A stretch of DNA of 60,098 nucleotides, taken from Thermoplasmatota archaeon (GTDB taxonomy: Archaea > Thermoplasmatota > Penumbrarchaeia > Penumbrarchaeales > Penumbrarchaeaceae). Of the stretch, positions 1-10,048 are shown piece by piece. Where the stretch lies: NCBI GenBank assembly GCA_029762535.1, contig JARVGK010000019.1, positions 1 through 60,098 of the forward strand. The letters run 5' to 3'. Each line of letters opens with the position of its first letter. Within the stretch, counting starts at the first letter, position 1. The position numbers and the translations under genes were made by a program. The notes beneath the pieces are model-generated. The model was not told the origin of the DNA. It searched no databases and worked only from the letters and a program-made list of their open reading frames with translations.

Positions 1-2
1 AT

Positions 3-1433
3 ATAATAACCGTGGGTCCGGTATCTGAATACAACGATACCAAGATAAGAAGAGGGATCGACTACTCGTATGTTATAAGGGCAAAGAACCTTGCCGGGCA
101 CGGCCCCGGTTCAGAATCGATCGTGGCCAGGGCATATGGCCGGCCATCTCCTCCCAGGGATATATCCTACGTTCTATCGATTGAGGGAGTCTATCTGACC
201 TGGGAGGTACCTATAGACGATGGAGGATCGGAGCTTCTCGGCATCAACCTCTACCGCAGAATGTCCGGCCAGGAGGATTGGATCATGATCGCCTCGTTGA
301 GCAATAGGACCGTCTGGTTCAGGGACGTGCCTCCGTCGATATCTCCTTTCGATTACATGTTGACGTCATACAACCTGGCCGGAGAGTCGGATCCCGTCCT
401 GATCTTCAACGTCACGCCTTGCGGCAAGCCCGGGATCCCCGGCGATATTGATATCTCCAGTGGTGATGGGTTCATAAACCTCTCATGGTCCCCCCCGGAG
501 GATGACGGTAGATTGCCGATACGGGGTTACAGGCTGTTCAGGAGCACGATGGATGAGAGCAAAATATCAATCGACCTGCTCCCGTCCGATGGATACTACA
601 ACGATACCTCCGTCAAAAACGGTATCCCGTATTCCTATCGCATACTTGCCTTCAACGAGCTGGGGGACGGGGTCATCTCTCCCTTCTTCGAGGCGGTTCC
701 TATTGGTTTGCCGTCGGCTCCGGTTTCTATCAACGTAACGTCCGGGGACCGCTTTGTGGACATCTCCTGGAAACCCCCGCTGAACGACGGAGGACTGCCC
801 CTGAATTACATTCGCATATACCGATCGGTCAATAGTTCAAGTCCCGTGATGGTCCTTGAGACGAGCTTGTTGGAAGGTTCTTATCGGGATCGGGACCTCG
901 ATAACGGCGTGGAATATCATTACTTCCTGACAGCCTTGAATGGACTGGGAGAGGGAGAGAGATCGGACATTGTTGTAGCGGTCCCGAGCAGAATTCCCTC
1001 TTCTCCTCTATCCTTAATGATCGTTCCCTTATCTGACGGGACAATCGTTTTGACATGGACCCCCCCCGAAGATGATGGGGGTTCCCCTATCGTTGGTTAT
1101 AAGATCTACAGATCGACCGGTGATGAAGATATGTCGGGGATCGCGGAGGTTCCTGCTGATGATCTGAGTTATGTTGAACGAGACCTCAAAGTCGGAATAA
1201 CGTACAGATATGGCGTCTCGGCTTTTAACGCTCGGGGCGAGAGCGAATTGAGCGTGGGAACGTTCCGTATAGATGATAATCCATCATCACATATGCTTTC
1301 CGTTCTTATTGGCGGATCTTTCATAGTCTTACTATCTTTGAGTATCGTATTATTATATGCATTCCTGAACTACCGAAAAAAAATGATCGATACCGGTAAA
1401 AACGGATCTATGATCGAACGTCAGGATGAGTGA
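3..1433 (+). CDS. Fibronectin type III repeat surface protein with C-terminal membrane anchor (5'-truncated by window edge)
   Basis: Repeated FN3 motifs (W.PP.DDGG.P..GY..YR...Y...A.N..GE), C-terminal hydrophobic helix followed by RKK; frame is open back to position 3. Confidence 0.85.
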   Translation: MITVGPVSEYNDTKIRRGIDYSYVIRAKNLAGHGPGSESIVARAYGRPSPPRDISYVLSIEGVYLTWEVPIDDGGSELLGINLYRRMSGQEDWIMIASLSNRTVWFRDVPPSISPFDYMLTSYNLAGESDPVLIFNVTPCGKPGIPGDIDISSGDGFINLSWSPPEDDGRLPIRGYRLFRSTMDESKISIDLLPSDGYYNDTSVKNGIPYSYRILAFNELGDGVISPFFEAVPIGLPSAPVSINVTSGDRFVDISWKPPLNDGGLPLNYIRIYRSVNSSSPVMVLETSLLEGSYRDRDLDNGVEYHYFLTALNGLGEGERSDIVVAVPSRIPSSPLSLMIVPLSDGTIVLTWTPPEDDGGSPIVGYKIYRSTGDEDMSGIAEVPADDLSYVERDLKVGITYRYGVSAFNARGESELSVGTFRIDDNPSSHMLSVLIGGSFIVLLSLSIVLLYAFLNYRKKMIDTGKNGSMIERQDE

Positions 1434-1532
1434 TATTCAATTTAATGATATACGGATCGATGGTTATTCCTTGTCAGCATCGATTGGGGGATCCCCCTCT
1501 CAGTCCCGAATAGGACGACAGCCTGAATCCGA

Positions 1533-1574
1533 GATCCCCCCTGCAGCCGACGGAGCGATTGATGCAGGGGGATC
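1533..1574. terminator. GC-rich stem-loop between convergent genes
   Basis: GATCCCCCCTGCA (1533-1545) pairs with TGCAGGGGGATC (1563-1574) with one bulge; function inferred. Confidence 0.35.
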
Positions 1575-1580
1575 CGATCC

Positions 1581-2555
1581 TCATTTCCAGAACTCCCTAC
1601 CCCTGCCGCTGCCGCAGGTGGTCGAAAGCTCCAGAGGATAGGGCGCGAAGAACGTCTGCTTCAATAGATAGTCCTCATCGAACCGCACGATATAACCTCT
1701 CATCAGCTCCCTTATGGTCTCCAGGGAAGCCCTCTCGTCCCTGTACATCTCGATCGAATCGAGGAAGAAAGCCCTCTCCTCGGGCTTGAGATCTTTGGAA
1801 ACGTAGCCGAAGCAGTGCATCAGGGCGTTGATCATCGAAGTATATTTCGGACCCTTCGCCATTGCCTTCGAGAGATGATCCCGGTAGAGTGAGAACGCCT
1901 CCTTGAGCCCAAGCTCCTTCTGGCTCGATACGATACGCCCCATCTTCGCCAGCTCCGCCTGCGAATATGCCATGAGAAGGATCTTGTTCCTGGTGTGGAA
2001 ATCGATGAGCGCCGAGGCCTTCCTCTCGCCTCTGGCCGCCCTGAACCTCGCGATCGTGAACAACCGAACCAGGAAATGGTCCCTTATCGCAGAGTTCAGA
2101 AGCCTGGACTCGTCATCAATGACCGAGTGCGGGAACCTATTCACGACCTCGGCCCCGAGAAAACCGGACCCCTTCCCCGCGGACTGCAGAGCCTCCTTCG
2201 AGGGAAATATCTTCACATCCCCGATCCCACACGTCGGGGACTTGGATTTGAGTATGATCCCATCCACCTCCCCCAGTCCGTCAAGTAATTTGGATATGAA
2301 CCCTTCCATCGCCTCGGTATGGTCAAGGCCGGTATGAGGCTGGAAAAGCCTCCTTTTCTCCCCCTCCATGGTGATCCTCACGGGCCTCCTGGGGATCCCG
2401 AGCCCGATCCCCGCCTCGGGGCACGAATGCTTCACCTCGCAGAGGTCCTTCAACGAGGCGACGATCTCGCTTCGGATCATCTGGGCGTCGAACCGACAAT
2501 GATCGTGTTCCAGGCACCGGCTGACATATAGTATCGGCCTTACATCAGTCATCAT
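1581..2555 (-). CDS. DUF523/DUF1722 (YbgA-like, 2-thiouracil desulfurase family) protein
   Basis: VSRCL, CPE.G.GLG.PR, KSKSPTCG motifs; C-terminal FH..NK.LLMA / N.L.H.FGY DUF1722 part; start could be 2567. Confidence 0.85.
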   Translation of the reverse strand: MMTDVRPILYVSRCLEHDHCRFDAQMIRSEIVASLKDLCEVKHSCPEAGIGLGIPRRPVRITMEGEKRRLFQPHTGLDHTEAMEGFISKLLDGLGEVDGIILKSKSPTCGIGDVKIFPSKEALQSAGKGSGFLGAEVVNRFPHSVIDDESRLLNSAIRDHFLVRLFTIARFRAARGERKASALIDFHTRNKILLMAYSQAELAKMGRIVSSQKELGLKEAFSLYRDHLSKAMAKGPKYTSMINALMHCFGYVSKDLKPEERAFFLDSIEMYRDERASLETIRELMRGYIVRFDEDYLLKQTFFAPYPLELSTTCGSGRGREFWK

Positions 2556-2644
2556 TTTTTCCCCCATGAACAAAAAGGCATATTCGGTATATCCATCTAT
2601 CGGGTTGCGTCATCTTATTAAATCGATAGTTGTTTGCCCCGATC

Positions 2645-3082
2645 ATGGCAAGACCTCCCGAGATATGGAGAGCCGCTGTCTGCGTGGACTCCCCAAACAT
2701 CTCAAGAGCGATGAGGGAGGCCCTGGACGAGCTTGGATGGGAATACGAGCGGGACAGGTCCCATCACAACTTCTCCAAGCTCATGGTCTTCATCATGATC
2801 CCGCAAATGAGCTATGTCTTCCAGTTCCTCGTCCGATCCCCGGTGAGGATCATCATAAACTGCTACGAGGAGAGGCCGACCCATGCCGGGGAGATCCACT
2901 ACCTTGAGATCAAGGGCCTTGACCTTAAGAACGCCAGGGAGGTCCGAAAGCTCCTTCACGTCTTCGAGGAAAAACTAGGGATGAAACCCTATCATTTCCA
3001 CTGGAAAGAGCGATTCCGGGCGGGACTTCTGGCAAAACCTCATCTGGAGTCGCCGAGGGAATGGGCCAGGTGGGGGCTCTAA
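2645..3082 (+). CDS. Hypothetical protein
   Basis: Fills the gap between neighbouring genes, preceded by an AT-rich promoter-like stretch, protein-like composition. Confidence 0.65.
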   Translation: MARPPEIWRAAVCVDSPNISRAMREALDELGWEYERDRSHHNFSKLMVFIMIPQMSYVFQFLVRSPVRIIINCYEERPTHAGEIHYLEIKGLDLKNAREVRKLLHVFEEKLGMKPYHFHWKERFRAGLLAKPHLESPREWARWGL

Positions 3083-3774
3083 TCCTCCTTCCACTCGGAG
3101 CTTCCCGGCTTGAAACCGAGCTTGGGGAAGGGCCTTGTGGTCGATGATGAGATATTGTCCATGTGGGCGGCGATCCTCTTCATTATCCTGGCGCTGATTA
3201 TGGCCGTAAGCGACTCGTTCTGGACGCATCCCGTGTCAAGTAGGACAGACTTCATCGCCAAGTATTCTGCCTTCAGGTCCTCCTCTAGCTTTGTGACCTT
3301 GGAGGGATGGGATCCCTTCTGCTCCTCCAACGCGTTATGGGATTCGATGAACATCAAACTGATGATATCCTCCATCCTCTCGAGTGATACCTTGTTCGAT
3401 GTCTTGAAATCGTCTTGGAAGTCGAACTCATCCCTCATCAGGGCGATATCCTTGGTGTAATCCCCGATCCTCTCGTAATCGATGACTAGCGAGATAATTA
3501 CGAGACCGGCGTGTATGTTGGGAGAGGAGGTGACCGAGAAATACTCGAATACCTTCCTCCTGATGCTCTGGACCAGTGCGTTGACCTTCTTGTCCCTCAT
3601 CAACACCTCTTTGGCCGAGGGCTTCTTATCCAGAAGGACCTGCATCGATATAATGAACATCTCCTGTGTGAGATGGTTGATCCTGTCCAGGTCCTCGTAC
3701 GCCTCGTCCAGGAGGGGGTTCTTCGTCAATGCGTCTATTATGCTCTTGAACATATCCTTATCTCCTTCTCTCAT
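3079..3774 (-). CDS. phoU: PhoU-domain phosphate uptake regulator
   Basis: D..VN, DYERIGDY, KRIAAH PhoU repeats; adjacent to Na/Pi transporter. Confidence 0.8.
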   Translation of the reverse strand: MREGDKDMFKSIIDALTKNPLLDEAYEDLDRINHLTQEMFIISMQVLLDKKPSAKEVLMRDKKVNALVQSIRRKVFEYFSVTSSPNIHAGLVIISLVIDYERIGDYTKDIALMRDEFDFQDDFKTSNKVSLERMEDIISLMFIESHNALEEQKGSHPSKVTKLEEDLKAEYLAMKSVLLDTGCVQNESLTAIISARIMKRIAAHMDNISSSTTRPFPKLGFKPGSSEWKED

Positions 3775-3781
3775 CCATGCA

Positions 3782-4963
3782 TCAAAATATAAACCTATCC
3801 ATGAGTATGACCATCCCCGGGATCCCGAAGAATACCACGATTATGAAGAGTATCGCCCATTTCCTGTGCCAGCTCATGTATTCAGCAGTCCATCTTGCAA
3901 GGGTGATCGGCACCTTCCGGAGAGGGTAGAATATCAGTATCCCGCACATGTTGAAGAACAGGTGCACAAGTGATATGGAGAGGGCCATTTTGGAACCCTC
4001 GCAGGGCGTGAGGGTCGCCAGCGCCGCAAGAAGGGCTGTGATCGTGGTCCCGATGTTCGCCCCCAGGGAGTAGGGATAGATCTGATATATGCTGAGGATC
4101 CCGCCTCCGACAAGGGGCACGACCAAAGATGTCGTGACGGAGCTGCTCTGAACGAAGGTCGTCAATAACAACCCGAAGCTGAACGATGTGGCATCGTTCT
4201 TGAACAGATATCTGTCAAGGACCTTCTGGACCCGTCCCTCGATGGCCCTCCTTGCGGATCGGGTGATCAATACAAGGGCAGCGAACAAAATCGCGGTGCC
4301 CACGATCAAGGTCACTACCCCCTCATGCATGCCAATTGTCGATATCAGTTCGGTTATGGGTTCGAGCAACGGCCTCAACAGATGATCTATCAGCTCGAAC
4401 TCGACACCTTTCTTCCCCAGGAGGGCCCCGGCCGCCCAATATGCCACACGCTCGAGTATGCCTTTTCCGGTAAGCTCCCTCACGAGCAACTCTATGGGGA
4501 ACAGCAACAGGACCGAAAGTAGGTTGAAGAAATCATGCACCAGCGCCCCCGAGAACGCCCTGCGGAAGGATTCAGCATTCCTGATATGGCTCAAGGATAC
4601 TATGACGTTCGTCACCGAAGTGCCGATGTTCGCGCCCATCACGATAGGGATCGCGTTGGGATAGAACCCGGGGTTCGCCAGGACCATCGTCACGACCATG
4701 GAGGTGGTGGCGGAGGAGCTCTGGACGAGCGCTGTCGCGAATATGCCGATAGCGAGGCCGACCACAGGGTTCGAGGTCGAGGCGATCAGCTCTTGAGAGA
4801 AGTCCTTGCCCATCAGCTTGAAACCGGATCCCATCAACTTCACGCCGATTATGAAGAAATAGACGGCGAGAAAGAACAGGAAAAGGTTGAACCCCTGGTT
4901 TCCCAGGATGGTCTGAATGGGACCTGACCTCTTGAAGCGCCAGCTGGATCGGTCCTCTGCCAT
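3782..4963 (-). CDS. nptA: Na+/phosphate cotransporter (NptA family)
   Basis: Two QSSS and GANIGT repeats, multiple TM helices. Confidence 0.9.
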   Translation of the reverse strand: MAEDRSSWRFKRSGPIQTILGNQGFNLFLFFLAVYFFIIGVKLMGSGFKLMGKDFSQELIASTSNPVVGLAIGIFATALVQSSSATTSMVVTMVLANPGFYPNAIPIVMGANIGTSVTNVIVSLSHIRNAESFRRAFSGALVHDFFNLLSVLLLFPIELLVRELTGKGILERVAYWAAGALLGKKGVEFELIDHLLRPLLEPITELISTIGMHEGVVTLIVGTAILFAALVLITRSARRAIEGRVQKVLDRYLFKNDATSFSFGLLLTTFVQSSSVTTSLVVPLVGGGILSIYQIYPYSLGANIGTTITALLAALATLTPCEGSKMALSISLVHLFFNMCGILIFYPLRKVPITLARWTAEYMSWHRKWAILFIIVVFFGIPGMVILMDRFIF

Positions 4964-5063
4964 GGTCCCACCTATTGCCTTCCCCCAGCACCTCGCAGGC
5001 CGGAACAGGTAGGGTTAGCATCTCGATATAGAATATATATTTTACTTACTACAACACCGGGGC

Positions 5064-6410
5064 TCAGCCCATGTCCACGTCCGGGATCTGGAGTTGCTTC
5101 ATCAATTGCCTCCTGATCCTCCTGTTGGAGGAGAAGCCCTTGACGGCCTTCTGGGACATGTTATAATACTTCAGGAGGGATCGGACCTCCTTCTGGTCCA
5201 CCCCGGCCCCCTTCGCGATCCTCTTGAGCCTGGAGGATTTGATCTCGCGTGGGTTCTCCAGCTCGAACTTGGTCATGGAGTTCATTATGACCTTGAACTT
5301 CTTGAGCCGGGCCTGGGCTTCCCTGGGGTCCTGCATCTCCATCGGTCCCTTGCCCCCGCCGAAACCCTGGGGGAGCATGCCCATTATCTTGTCCAGAGGC
5401 CCCATCTTCGTCAGCATCTCCATCTGGTCCCTCATCTCGAGGAGGGAGAACTTACCACTCATCATCTTCTTGGCCATCGCCTCGGCATCCTTGCCGCCCA
5501 TGGAGTCCTGGGCCTTCTCCAGAAGCGTCTGGAGGTCCCCCATGCCCAGCAGTCGGGATATGAACCTTGGCGGGTCGAGCTTCTCCAGGTCCTCGATATG
5601 CTCTCCGGTACCTATGAACGTCACCGGAGCGTTCGTTACGGCAACGGCCGAAAGTGCCCCTCCGGCCTTGGCGGTCCCGTCCAGCTTGGTTATTATGACC
5701 CCTGTGACCTTGACCGCGTCGTGGAAGGCCTGTGCTTGAGGGCCCGCTTGCTGCCCCACGGCCGCATCGATGACCAGGAACCTCTCGTCAGGTTTCGCCA
5801 CTTTTGCGATGTCCTCCATCTCCTTGATGAGGTCCTCCTCGAGCGAATGTCTTCCGGACGTGTCTATGATGACGATGTCGAAATCGGCATACTGCTCCAT
5901 GCCCTTCTTAACCACGGCAACGCTGTCCTTGGCTTTGGGGAAACCGTATACGGGAACGTTGATCCTGTCGCCCAGTTGCTTCAGCTGATCGAATGCCGCA
6001 GGCCTGTGGACATCGGCAGCTATGACCCCTACCTTGAGCCCCCTCTTCTGGAAGTACTTCGCCATCTTGGCCGTGGTCGTGGTCTTGCCTTGTCCGTAGA
6101 GCCCGATCATCATTATGACGTGCTTCTTCAGACCGACGTCACGCGGCTCCCCGAGTATCTTCACCAATTGATCGTAGATTATCCTGATGACATGCTCCCG
6201 GGAGCTCATCCCCGCAGGGGGCTTTTCCTCGAGCGCACGTCTCTCGACCTCCTTTGTTATGGAGAGGACCAGCTTGACGTTGAGGTCCGCCTGGAGCAGC
6301 GCCCGCTGTATGTCCCGGACAACATCCTTTATGACATCCTTATCGATGTTGGAGGCGTTCGCTATCTTCTTGAGCGTCCCCCTGAGGGATTGCGCGAGGG
6401 AATCTAGCAC
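5064..6410 (-). CDS. srp54: Signal recognition particle protein SRP54
   Basis: GLYGQGKTTT, DTSGRH, TKLDGTAKAGGALS, Met-rich M domain. Confidence 0.97.
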   Translation of the reverse strand: MLDSLAQSLRGTLKKIANASNIDKDVIKDVVRDIQRALLQADLNVKLVLSITKEVERRALEEKPPAGMSSREHVIRIIYDQLVKILGEPRDVGLKKHVIMMIGLYGQGKTTTTAKMAKYFQKRGLKVGVIAADVHRPAAFDQLKQLGDRINVPVYGFPKAKDSVAVVKKGMEQYADFDIVIIDTSGRHSLEEDLIKEMEDIAKVAKPDERFLVIDAAVGQQAGPQAQAFHDAVKVTGVIITKLDGTAKAGGALSAVAVTNAPVTFIGTGEHIEDLEKLDPPRFISRLLGMGDLQTLLEKAQDSMGGKDAEAMAKKMMSGKFSLLEMRDQMEMLTKMGPLDKIMGMLPQGFGGGKGPMEMQDPREAQARLKKFKVIMNSMTKFELENPREIKSSRLKRIAKGAGVDQKEVRSLLKYYNMSQKAVKGFSSNRRIRRQLMKQLQIPDVDMG

Positions 6411-6555
6411 CGTGACGTATCACCAAGCCCGCGATGATGATGGTGTGATATATACGTTATGGGGACATATGAAGATAAATTCATCCCAATTACCCAAATC
6501 ATTTTATATCGACATATCGATGTTTATAACGAACCCGATGAGGGAGTGATGTTCC

Positions 6556-7203
6556 TTGGCGGAAAAAAAAGAGCAAGGGGAAGGAAGATCGAGGATCTTC
6601 GACACGTCCATTTGCCACGCTCAGTTCCGGCGGGCGAGGGTCGATCCCTCGAGGAAGAGGAGCTTCGATCCGGATAGGAAGTTGAACTTCGACCATAACC
6701 GCAAGATCGCCGCCAGGATGAAAGGCGTGCGGTTCAGGAAAGGTTTTGCTGTCGGTTTCCGCCACATGCTCCTCGACAACATAGACGAGATCTCCGACCC
6801 GAAGGAATGGGTGGACATGGGGAAGGCCAAGATGCCGGAGACCTACGTGAAGGAGGAGGTCAAGGACTGGGAGAAAAGATGGGGGAAGGACGAGAGCTTC
6901 GAGGAGAAGTGGAAGCTTCCGAAGAAGTACGTCAAGGGATCGAAACCCTCTACAAAGGCCTCCGTCAAGGAGCCGGTCCAGGCGAAGGTGGTCTGGAAGG
7001 ATAGTATCTCTCCAGCGAACAAAAAAAGGGCCAACGCGCTCAACGAGTACGGATTGACATTGATGGAACTCAAGGATTACGATCAGGCGATCAGATATTT
7101 CGACAAGGCGATCGAGATGGACCCCCTGGAAAGTATCTACAGGGGCAACAGGGACAGATGCATGGATTGGATCCGTTACGTGAAGAGGGGTGGGAGCAGA
7201 TGA
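6556..7203 (+). CDS. Protein with basic N-terminal region and C-terminal TPR
   Basis: NEYG...DYDQAIRYFDKAIEMDP TPR motif; stop overlaps the next ATG (ATGA). Confidence 0.75.
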   Translation: MAEKKEQGEGRSRIFDTSICHAQFRRARVDPSRKRSFDPDRKLNFDHNRKIAARMKGVRFRKGFAVGFRHMLLDNIDEISDPKEWVDMGKAKMPETYVKEEVKDWEKRWGKDESFEEKWKLPKKYVKGSKPSTKASVKEPVQAKVVWKDSISPANKKRANALNEYGLTLMELKDYDQAIRYFDKAIEMDPLESIYRGNRDRCMDWIRYVKRGGSR

Positions 7204-7790
7204 TCTGGTGGCTGTTCATAACTTACGCGGTGATAGGGGCCATCTCGCTCATCGTGCTGATAATAATGCTTGTCCTCGGCGGGCTCGGGTCGGTGGATGT
7301 TGACATCGATGTGCCTGGTATCGAGGTGGAGGGCCCCAACTTCGACATAGGCGATGGAGGTGCCCCGGGGCCAGTGAGCGTTCCTGTCATACTTTCGTTC
7401 ATGTCCGCGTTCGGTATCCTCGGGGCGATAATGACGTTCTTCGAGGTGCATCCCGCAATAACGCCGTTCCTTTCGGCGGCCGCCTCGCTGATCCTCGCCG
7501 GGGTTCTATTCCTCCTAACCCTCTATTTGTTCAAGAGGGCGCAGGCGGATTCAACGATATCCATACCCAAGCTCGTGGGAATGGAGGCCTCTGTCAACGT
7601 GAGCATAAGAGGAGGAAAGGAAGGGCAGGTGGTGCTCGTGACGGAGCAGAGGGGGCGGACCATACTTCCAGCAGTAGCGGATCGGGACATTGAGGAGAAC
7701 ACCCGGGTCAGGATAACGGGCGTCGTAGGGGACGCCGTCAAGGTCATGCCGATATCGGATCGGAGGAACAAAGTGAAGGGAAAGAAATGA
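7200..7790 (+). CDS. NfeD/YuaF-like membrane protein (flotillin partner)
   Basis: N-terminal TM helices, LVG.EA.V...I...GQV OB-fold C-terminus, directly upstream of flotillin; ATG at 7200. Confidence 0.8.
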   Translation: MIWWLFITYAVIGAISLIVLIIMLVLGGLGSVDVDIDVPGIEVEGPNFDIGDGGAPGPVSVPVILSFMSAFGILGAIMTFFEVHPAITPFLSAAASLILAGVLFLLTLYLFKRAQADSTISIPKLVGMEASVNVSIRGGKEGQVVLVTEQRGRTILPAVADRDIEENTRVRITGVVGDAVKVMPISDRRNKVKGKK

Positions 7791-7803
7791 GGAGGGAAGA
7801 AGA

Positions 7804-9327
7804 ATGGTAAACGGATGGATAATACTATTGGTGGTGTCTGTGGGGCTGCTCGTCGCCTTCGGGTTCGTGCTGTTCCTTATCTATGCAAGCAGGTACAAGA
7901 GGGTCCCGCCCGACCAGGCGATGGTCATATACGGCAGCGGGTCCAAAAAGGGAGGGAAAGGATACACGGTGGTCTCCGGAGGCGGCAAGTTCATAATGCC
8001 GATATTCCAGGGATACGACTTCCTTCCCCTGGACGTGAGGACGCTCGAGATCGCCGTCACGGACATCGTCACCGATGTCAAGACGTCCGGTGCCAAGATG
8101 AACATCAAGGCCGTAGCACAGGTGAAGATCGCCTCAGATGAGGCATCTCTCTACACTGCCGCGGAGCAGCTGCTCCACAAGACGGACCCCGAGATCAACG
8201 AGATCGCCCAGAAGACGCTCGAAGGCCATGTCAGGGGTATATGCGCGACAATGACGATCGAGTCGATCAACTCGGACAGGGACGCGGTCGCCTCCCATGT
8301 TCAGTCCCAAGCCGCGAAGGACCTGCGCAACATGAGCATAGAGATCCGCTCCTTCGTCATCAAGGAGATAGAGGACCAGTATGGATACCTGGACGCCCTA
8401 GGGAGGAAGAGGACCGCCGAGGTCAAGAGGGACGCCAGGATCGGAGAGGCCATCGCCAACAAGGAGGCCACAATAAAGGAGGCAGAGTCCGCCAGGGAGG
8501 CGGAGAGGGCAAACGCCCAGGCGGAAGGGCAGGTGGCCCTCTTCCACAAGGAGAGGGACATCACCAAGCAGAACGCCGAGGCCGAGGTCGAGGTAGCCAA
8601 GGCCAACAGGTCGATATCCTTCGACCTGCAGGACAGAAAGCGGCGCCAGGAGCTCGTCAAGGAGGAGGTCCAGATAGAGATCGAGGAGCGCCAGAAGAAG
8701 ATCGAGCTGCAGGAGAGGGAGATCGTTCGAAAGCAGAAGGAGCAGGAGGCGATCCAGGTCGTTCCGGCGAGAGCTGCGGCAGAATCGAAGATCGCGGAGG
8801 CCGACGGTGAGAAAGGGCGCATAGAGAGGATCGCGGAGGCGGAAAAATCAAGGACGATCCGTGGTGCGGAGGCCAAGCAGTCCGAGCTCAAGCTCACCGC
8901 GGACGGAGAGCGTGAGAAGCTGCTGAAGCTCGCCGAAGGCCAGGCTGAGAAGATACGCAAGGAGGGTACCGCAGAGGCAGAGGTCATCAAGCTCAAGGGA
9001 GAGGCCGAGGCCGCGGCGATAAAGGCCAAGGGCCTTGCCGAGGCGGAGGCGATGGAGAAGAAGGCCATGGCCTGGAGGAAGTACGGCGATGCGGCGGTGA
9101 CCCAGATGATCGTGGACCAGCTCCCTGAGATCGTTCAGGCAGCGGCATCCTCGCTCGAGGGCGTCGACAAGGTGATAGTGATGGGAGAGCAGGGCCCGAG
9201 CGGTCTTGTGGGCAAGACGGTCGATATAGCGGCCCAGATGCCCACTCTCATAAAGTCGCTGACCGGCGTTGACGTGACCCAGCTGATAAGGAACGTCGTC
9301 CAGAAGCCCCCGGAAGAAGAGGGGTGA
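7804..9327 (+). CDS. Flotillin (SPFH/band-7 domain plus AEA-rich coiled coil)
   Basis: N-terminal TM, GGG.F..P, LEGH.RGI, YLDALG...AEVKRDA.IGEA, AEA repeats, KA.AW..Y.DAA. Confidence 0.92.
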   Translation: MVNGWIILLVVSVGLLVAFGFVLFLIYASRYKRVPPDQAMVIYGSGSKKGGKGYTVVSGGGKFIMPIFQGYDFLPLDVRTLEIAVTDIVTDVKTSGAKMNIKAVAQVKIASDEASLYTAAEQLLHKTDPEINEIAQKTLEGHVRGICATMTIESINSDRDAVASHVQSQAAKDLRNMSIEIRSFVIKEIEDQYGYLDALGRKRTAEVKRDARIGEAIANKEATIKEAESAREAERANAQAEGQVALFHKERDITKQNAEAEVEVAKANRSISFDLQDRKRRQELVKEEVQIEIEERQKKIELQEREIVRKQKEQEAIQVVPARAAAESKIAEADGEKGRIERIAEAEKSRTIRGAEAKQSELKLTADGEREKLLKLAEGQAEKIRKEGTAEAEVIKLKGEAEAAAIKAKGLAEAEAMEKKAMAWRKYGDAAVTQMIVDQLPEIVQAAASSLEGVDKVIVMGEQGPSGLVGKTVDIAAQMPTLIKSLTGVDVTQLIRNVVQKPPEEEG

Positions 9328-9336
9328 ACCATGAAA

Positions 9337-9361
9337 GCGGGGGGGGTCTTTCCCCCCTCGC
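9337..9361 (+). terminator. 10-bp GC stem-loop just after the flotillin stop
   Basis: GCGGGGGGGG-TCTTT-CCCCCCTCGC. Confidence 0.45.
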
Positions 9362-9379
9362 ACAACCGGGTGATTAGCG

Positions 9380-9979
9380 ATGAGCGGCGATCTCGATAGG
9401 GCCATGGCGGCAATGCTGATGGACATGGGCTCGGGTTCGATACTCGATCTCATCAGGGTTGCCAGGCTGGAGAGGGCCAGGATGATGGACGCCGGAGAGG
9501 TTCAGAAGGCACAGGACCTGACCATCCTCGTCAATGACAGCGTCCATCTTTACAGATGCGCCCTTGATCTCGAATCCGATCCGGAGGTCGTAAGGAGGAA
9601 CAGCATCGCCCGGTTATTGAACACCATCTCCCCGGTGCTGCTCTCGGTCCAGGACATCAAGTCCTTCAAGGAGCGCGGCCCCTTGGATGCGATCAGCACG
9701 GTGATCTCCACTCTCTCGGATTTCGCATCCGCGTCCCAGTACCTCGCCTCTTCGAAGCTGATAACGGAGGCCCATTACAGGGAGAACATGATGGAGGTGG
9801 AGGAGCGGCTCGCAGAGCACATCGAGGCCTCCGCAGAGGACGTGATGGAGAGACTTTCAGCCCTTTCCAAGCTGATGGACGACCTGCTTCTGGGAGATAT
9901 TCCCGTCGTTTCAAAGCCATTCGTTCCGCTCCTGATATGGACCCTGATCGTGGTGATGAGCTACTCCGGCTGCAGATGA
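9380..9979 (+). CDS. Hypothetical helical protein with hydrophobic C-terminus
   Basis: ORF preceded by GGGTGA SD-like site, typical codon usage. Confidence 0.65.
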   Translation: MSGDLDRAMAAMLMDMGSGSILDLIRVARLERARMMDAGEVQKAQDLTILVNDSVHLYRCALDLESDPEVVRRNSIARLLNTISPVLLSVQDIKSFKERGPLDAISTVISTLSDFASASQYLASSKLITEAHYRENMMEVEERLAEHIEASAEDVMERLSALSKLMDDLLLGDIPVVSKPFVPLLIWTLIVVMSYSGCR

Positions 9980-10048
9980 CGCACCTTTCACAAACCTTAA
10001 TAACTGTTCATCATGATTCGCCCCAAGCGATGATATCCGGTGATATAG

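Noticed and set aside
5094-6407. Long antisense ORFs (e.g. 437 aa opposite srp54, 409 aa at 48166-49395, 334 aa at 30859-31863)
   Set aside because: Shadows of real genes caused by GC-rich codon bias; no motifs of their own
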